Part shown: positions 59,637 through 64,000 of the stretch, in pieces
Numbering within the stretch: position 1 is the first letter of the stretch
Layout: each line of letters begins with the position of its first letter
Assembly: GCA_963820525.1 (NCBI GenBank)
Contig: CAWGAA010000001.1
Span: 2,112,001-2,176,000 of the forward strand
From: an uncultured Spirochaetota bacterium
Lineage (GTDB): Bacteria; Spirochaetota; Spirochaetia; SZUA-6; Fen-1364
Length of the DNA: 64,000 nt
Reading direction: 5' to 3'
The notes under the pieces: generated by a model
The model's input: the letters and a program-made list of their open reading frames with translations, nothing else
Told to the model about the DNA's origin: nothing
Databases searched by the model: none
Made by a program: the position numbers and the translations under genes

Positions 59637-60790
59637 TGGGCAAAGCTTCCGCCGTCGCGATTATCGGGGCCGGACCCTACGCGCTTTCCACGGCGGCATT
59701 CCTCAAGCGCGCCGGCGTTGAGGCGATGCTGTTCGGCGAGCTCATGGGCTTCTGGAGAAAGATGCCCCAGGGGATGTTCCTGAGGTCATTCAGAAAAGCC
59801 TCCAACATCGCGGACCCCGAAGGGGTCCTGACCCTCGAAAATTTCGAGCGTTCGACGGGATGCCGGGTGCCCTCCCCTATTCCGCTTGAAAGCTTCACCG
59901 CCTATGGCGATTGGTTTCGCGAGCGGGCGGGGATCAATGTGGACCCTCGACGGGTCACGCTCGTTGAAAAGGCCGGCGCCGTATTCAGGCTCCGCCTGAG
60001 CGACGGGGGGTACGTGGAGGCCGACCGCCTCGTCGTGGCATGCGGCATCTCCTCTTTCGCGTGGAGGCCCCCGCTGTTCGACGGCCTGGACGCGGCGTAC
60101 GTGTCGCATACATCGCAGCACGTCCGCTTCGACGGTTTCCGCGGCATGAGCGTGCTCGTCGTGGGCGGCGGCCAGAGCGCATTGGAGGACGCCGCCCTGC
60201 TCAACGAGTCCGGGGCGGCCGTCGAGGTCGTCGTTCGAAGAGGGGAGCTTCGCTTCCTCCGCGGGGAGCGATTCTACGAGAGCAGAGTGCTCTACCCCTC
60301 CTGGGGCGTCGGCCCCCCGGCGCTGAACCGCGTCATGGGCCGGCCCGCCGTATTCCGCCTGCTGCCCTCCTGGATCGGCCAGCCGCTTGCGCAGAGGGCC
60401 ATACGCCCGGCGGCCGCCGCGTGGCTGCGCCCGCGCCTGGAGAGCGTCAGGCTCACGATGGGGCAGAACGTCGAGAGAATACGCCGATGCAATAGCGGGG
60501 TCGAGGTTCGGTTGGACGGAGGCGACAGGCGGATTGTCGACCACGTGCTCCTGGGGACCGGCTACCGCATCGATCTCACTCGGCTGGAGCTGCTCGCCCC
60601 CGAGCTCCTGCGGCGGATCAAGCTGTTCGGGGGCTCGCCGTCGCTTTCGCCGCGGTTCGAGTCGAGCGTGGAAGGCCTGCATTTCGTCGGGGCGCTTGCC
60701 GCGGCAAGCTGCGGCCCCGGGCTGCGCTTCGTGTCGCACACGGGATTCGCGGCGCGGGCGATCGAAAAGAGCGTTCGGCAAAAAGAATAG
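59636..60790 (+). CDS. FAD/NAD(P)-dependent oxidoreductase (flavin monooxygenase-like)
   Basis: IIGAGPY, W..MP.GM.L.S, VVGGGQSA, GTGY, FESSV.GLHF.G. Confidence 0.87.
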   Translation: MGKASAVAIIGAGPYALSTAAFLKRAGVEAMLFGELMGFWRKMPQGMFLRSFRKASNIADPEGVLTLENFERSTGCRVPSPIPLESFTAYGDWFRERAGINVDPRRVTLVEKAGAVFRLRLSDGGYVEADRLVVACGISSFAWRPPLFDGLDAAYVSHTSQHVRFDGFRGMSVLVVGGGQSALEDAALLNESGAAVEVVVRRGELRFLRGERFYESRVLYPSWGVGPPALNRVMGRPAVFRLLPSWIGQPLAQRAIRPAAAAWLRPRLESVRLTMGQNVERIRRCNSGVEVRLDGGDRRIVDHVLLGTGYRIDLTRLELLAPELLRRIKLFGGSPSLSPRFESSVEGLHFVGALAAASCGPGLRFVSHTGFAARAIEKSVRQKE

Positions 60791-60821
60791 ATGGAGGGAG
60801 AGGGGGAGGGTTGAGGAGGGA

Positions 60822-62117
60822 TTAGAGGGATTTCATCAGGGCGTCATAGTGAGCGGCAATTGTTTTTTCAATGTCTTCGGGGGTATGCGCCAGGGAAAGG
60901 AAGACCGCCTCGTACTGCGAGGGGGCGAGGGAGACCCCGTTTTCGAGCATGCGAGAGAAATATCGCGAAAACTTGTCCGTGTCCGAGGTCCTGGCCGAAT
61001 CGGCGTCGAACACTTTAGCGGCGGTGAAAAACATGCACATCATCGAGCCGACGCGATTCAGGCTGTACGGGAGGCCCAGGTCCTTCAGATTGGCGGCGAA
61101 GCCTCCCTCGAGCATCGCGGCTTTCCGCTCGAGAGCCTCGTAGGCGCCGGGAGCCTTGAGGATCGAGATCGTCGCCAGGCCGGCCGCCAGGGCGACGGGA
61201 TTTCCCGAAAGGGTGCCGGCCTGGTACACGGGGCCCTGCGGCGCCAGGAGCTCCATGATGCCGGCCCTGCCGCCGAACGCGCCGACGGGGAATCCTCCGC
61301 CGATGATCTTTCCCAGGCAGGTGAGATCCGGCTTGATTCCGTAGAGCTCCTGGGCTCCGCCCAGCGCCACCCTGAATCCGGTGATCACCTCGTCAAAGAT
61401 CAGAAGGACGCCTTCCCGCTGCGTCAGCGCCCTGAGGTTTTTCAGGAAATCACCCCGGGGCGGAATGACCCCGATGTTGCCCGCCACGGGCTCGACGATG
61501 ACGGCGGCCACCCTGCCCCGATGCTTCTCGAGCAGGCGCTCCACGGAGCCGATGTCATTGTAGCGCGCCACCAGGGTGTCCTGCGCCGTCGCGCGGGTCA
61601 CGCCGGGGCACTGTGAAATGCCGTAGGTGGCCAGCCCCGATCCGGCGCTCACCAGAAACCCGTCCGCGTGGCCGTGGTAGCACCCGTCGAACTTGATGAC
61701 GGCGTCCCTTCCCGTGAAGGCCCTCGCCAGGCGCACGGCGCTCATCGTCGCCTCGGTGCCCGAGTTGACCATCCGCACCCGCTCGATCGAGGGGTAGATC
61801 TCCGTGATGAGCCGGGCCATCTCGAGCTCCAGCTCCGTGTTGGCGCCGAAGCTGGTGCCTTTCGGCACGATGGCGCAAACCGCCTCGATCACCCGCGGAT
61901 CCGCGTGGCCGAGAATGAGGGGCCCCCAGGAACAGATGTAGTCGATGTACTCCCGGCCGTCCACGTCGACGATGCGCGAGCCCCTGCCGCTCTCGATGTA
62001 CAGGGGAGTCCTTCCGACCGACCTGTACGCGCGCACCGGGCTGTTTACGCCGCCCGGAATGTACCGCAGGGCTTCGCGGAACAGGCTCTCAGATCTCTTC
62101 ATGGCGGCTCCCGCCAT
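60822..62117 (-). CDS. hemL: Glutamate-1-semialdehyde 2,1-aminomutase
   Basis: PGGVNSPVRA, SWGP.ILGH, VNSGTEATM, GCYHGH, EPVAGN, DEVITGFR, LGKIIGGG, YQAGTLSGNP. Start at 62117 or 62102. Confidence 0.93.
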   Translation of the reverse strand: MAGAAMKRSESLFREALRYIPGGVNSPVRAYRSVGRTPLYIESGRGSRIVDVDGREYIDYICSWGPLILGHADPRVIEAVCAIVPKGTSFGANTELELEMARLITEIYPSIERVRMVNSGTEATMSAVRLARAFTGRDAVIKFDGCYHGHADGFLVSAGSGLATYGISQCPGVTRATAQDTLVARYNDIGSVERLLEKHRGRVAAVIVEPVAGNIGVIPPRGDFLKNLRALTQREGVLLIFDEVITGFRVALGGAQELYGIKPDLTCLGKIIGGGFPVGAFGGRAGIMELLAPQGPVYQAGTLSGNPVALAAGLATISILKAPGAYEALERKAAMLEGGFAANLKDLGLPYSLNRVGSMMCMFFTAAKVFDADSARTSDTDKFSRYFSRMLENGVSLAPSQYEAVFLSLAHTPEDIEKTIAAHYDALMKSL

Positions 62118-62709
62118 CGGAGCCTGATCCCAGCACCTCGCCCTCCGCCTTCCACTTGCGGAAAAGCTCCAGCTCGATGCCGTAGAGGTCCAGGATCTTG
62201 CCGATGGTATGGTTCACCAGCTCCCCCACCGTGCTCGGCCTGAAGTAGAAGGCGGGAACGGGCGGCAGGATCACCGCCCCCATCTCCGTGGCGCGCTCCA
62301 TGAGCCTGAGGTGCCCGATATGGTACGGGGTCTCGCGCACGGCCAGCACCAGCCTGCGCCGCTCCTTGAGGGTGACGTCCGCCGCGCGGTCAAGAAGTGT
62401 CGAGCAGCCGGAGTTGGCTACAGCGGAGAGAGTCCGGATGGAACAGGGGATCACCACCATCCCGTCGGCCGGGAAGGTGCCGCTGGAAATGCGCGCGGCA
62501 AGGTCCTCGTTGTCGTAGACGAAGGAGGCCAGGGAGGTGACCTCGCTCAGGGGATACGAGGTCTCGATATCGATCGTCCTCTCCGCCCACCGGGTTACCA
62601 CCAGGTGCGTCTCCACGCGTCCCTTCAGCGCTTCCAGCATCCGGATGCCATAGATGGCGCCCGATGCCCCCGTGATGCCGACGATCAATCTCTTCGTTCC
62701 AAAGGCCAC
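62089..62709 (-). CDS. ubiX: Flavin prenyltransferase
   Basis: VGITGASGA.YG, SSG, PCS, RAADV.LKE.R.L.L..RETP, P.PAFY. GTG start at 62709. Confidence 0.93.
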   Translation of the reverse strand: MAFGTKRLIVGITGASGAIYGIRMLEALKGRVETHLVVTRWAERTIDIETSYPLSEVTSLASFVYDNEDLAARISSGTFPADGMVVIPCSIRTLSAVANSGCSTLLDRAADVTLKERRRLVLAVRETPYHIGHLRLMERATEMGAVILPPVPAFYFRPSTVGELVNHTIGKILDLYGIELELFRKWKAEGEVLGSGSDGGSRHEEI

Positions 62710-62714
62710 TGTTC

Positions 62715-63764
62715 CTACTCTCCCTTCGAACCGAAGATCCTGTGCGCCCTTCCCGCCAGCTGGAAGAGCCGGAAGGCCTGATGCCTGAGAAGCGCTGTCT
62801 GGACGCGGTGGCGGATGCGGGAGCCGTGGAAGTCCGTCATGCCGATCTTGGAAAGAAGGCAGTACAGCATGTGGTCTTCCGCTCCCGGCCTTCCCACCGC
62901 CGTCCCGCGGAATATCGCATCGCTCCTCATGGAAATGGCGCTGACGCGGAACAGGCGGCAATCGGGGTTGACGCTTGTAACCCCCGCGTAATCCATGTAG
63001 GGGCCGTCGCTCACCGGCCTTCCGGTCTCGATAATGCCCTCCAGGACGATCTCGGATGATGCGGGGACTTCCATTGCGATGGTGGAGCACTTCGTGAGCT
63101 CCACCGGCTTTCCGGCAAGACCGCCGGCAAGGGCGAGCTCGTCCACGCCGTACGGAGGCGCGGCGCCGGCAGAGATCATGAGCGTCTCGCTCACCCCGAT
63201 GGCCACCGCCATGGCGAGCGGCGCGCCGGCCTTCTCCGCCTTGGCGACGTGCCGGGAAAGGTGGCTCCTCGGAGAGAAGCTCACCGTGGCCGCATCCTTT
63301 CCCGCCAGCATCATCCGGTATACCCCGACGTTCCGCCTCCCCGACTCGGGATCTACCGTGATGTTCAGGTGCCACGTGCCGACGTAGCGCTGGCCGTCTT
63401 CCCTGCTCCACCACGGAACGGGCAGCGCCGTGAGGTCGATGTCCCCGCCGGTAATGACGAGCTCCTTGACCGGCGCCCGATCCACCGTCACCGGCACGAT
63501 GGGGGAGCGGAACCTCTCCGCCACGACGCGGGCCGTTTCCCCCAGCGGCGAGCTTTCCTCAAGGCCGAGAGCCAGTGCGATCGTGGCGGGCTGGATCAGC
63601 CCATTGGTGAAGAGCCTCTTTCCGGGATAGCCGGCGATGTTCTCGAAGAGAAGGGGGGATCGCGTGGCTTTCAGGATGTCCCCGATCTCGTATTTCCAGC
63701 TTACCTCCCGCGTGACGCGCGTCAGGCGGCCGGAGCGCTCCAGGACCGAGATGAACTGCCGCAT
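62715..63764 (-). CDS. UbiD-family (prenylated-FMN) decarboxylase, short form
   Basis: MR.F...LE..G.L, LLFEN, DL..LP.P, DG..Y, NVGVYR, EIVLEG, DGPYMDYAG. Only 349 aa. Confidence 0.87.
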   Translation of the reverse strand: MRQFISVLERSGRLTRVTREVSWKYEIGDILKATRSPLLFENIAGYPGKRLFTNGLIQPATIALALGLEESSPLGETARVVAERFRSPIVPVTVDRAPVKELVITGGDIDLTALPVPWWSREDGQRYVGTWHLNITVDPESGRRNVGVYRMMLAGKDAATVSFSPRSHLSRHVAKAEKAGAPLAMAVAIGVSETLMISAGAAPPYGVDELALAGGLAGKPVELTKCSTIAMEVPASSEIVLEGIIETGRPVSDGPYMDYAGVTSVNPDCRLFRVSAISMRSDAIFRGTAVGRPGAEDHMLYCLLSKIGMTDFHGSRIRHRVQTALLRHQAFRLFQLAGRAHRIFGSKGE

Positions 63765-63827
63765 ATCCGCTTCCCCTTTTTCCTTGAAAACCGTTTTCGA
63801 TCAAAGACCGCAGTCATCTCAATACTC

Positions 63828-64000
63828 TTAATACTCCATGCGGATGGTCAAGTGTTTCTTGAAGCCGTCCACCGCGGCAAGCCACGTGCCATCCTCCATC
63901 TGGACGGGATCCACGTGATGCATCCCGTGCCTCTCCCAGCCGGTGCCGTGCCCGCGCACGATCGGCGTTGATCGCGCGCCCTCCTCCCGGTAGCTCGTCC
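63828..64000 (-). CDS. 3' end of a probable beta-propeller glycoside-hydrolase-like protein (GINT1 N-terminal-like), partial
   Basis: Hand translation ...SYREEGARSTPIVRGHGTGWERHGMHHVDPVQMEDGTWLAAVDGFKKHLTIRMEY*, with stop at 63828-63830. Confidence 0.6.
   Translation of the reverse strand, partial: TSYREEGARSTPIVRGHGTGWERHGMHHVDPVQMEDGTWLAAVDGFKKHLTIRMEY

Overview
GC-rich bacterial window, most likely a free-living spirochete (Spirochaetia). This is inferred from the archaeal-type PheRS, the DAHP synthase-prephenate dehydratase fusion and the GAF-GGEEF cyclase. (1) 1-8.8 kb: minus-strand operon encoding a REC-PAS-SpoIIE phosphatase, an ICMT-like membrane methyltransferase, a GH3-family adenylating enzyme and two tandem paralogous 7TM-GAF receptors (the complete one is a PAS/HisKA_2 kinase), with a decayed GH3 3' end between them. 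This is the best candidate for an undescribed signal-synthase/receptor system. (2) TetR plus ABC exporter with a perfect sigma70 promoter and twin operators. (3) A ~9.4 kb decaying accessory island (11.5-20.9 kb) bounded by a perfect 46-bp inverted repeat made of a tRNA-Asn-like 3' end plus a hairpin. It carries an AEP primase-SF2 helicase fusion, PIN/UPF0175 and MNT/HEPN toxin-antitoxin genes, and several pseudogenes. (4) Housekeeping and signalling genes. (5) A 12-gene group 4 [NiFe]-hydrogenase operon. (6) HD protein-TIGR00300-pheS-pheT. (7) A sigma54 activator, a sigma54 promoter, two paralogous lipoproteins and an ATP-grasp/FAD-oxidoreductase pair, converging on a propeller-ubiD-ubiX-hemL operon. 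Three single-base insertion frameshifts, one in essential pheS, suggest sequencing or assembly indels. All family assignments come from motif recognition by eye; no database searches were run.
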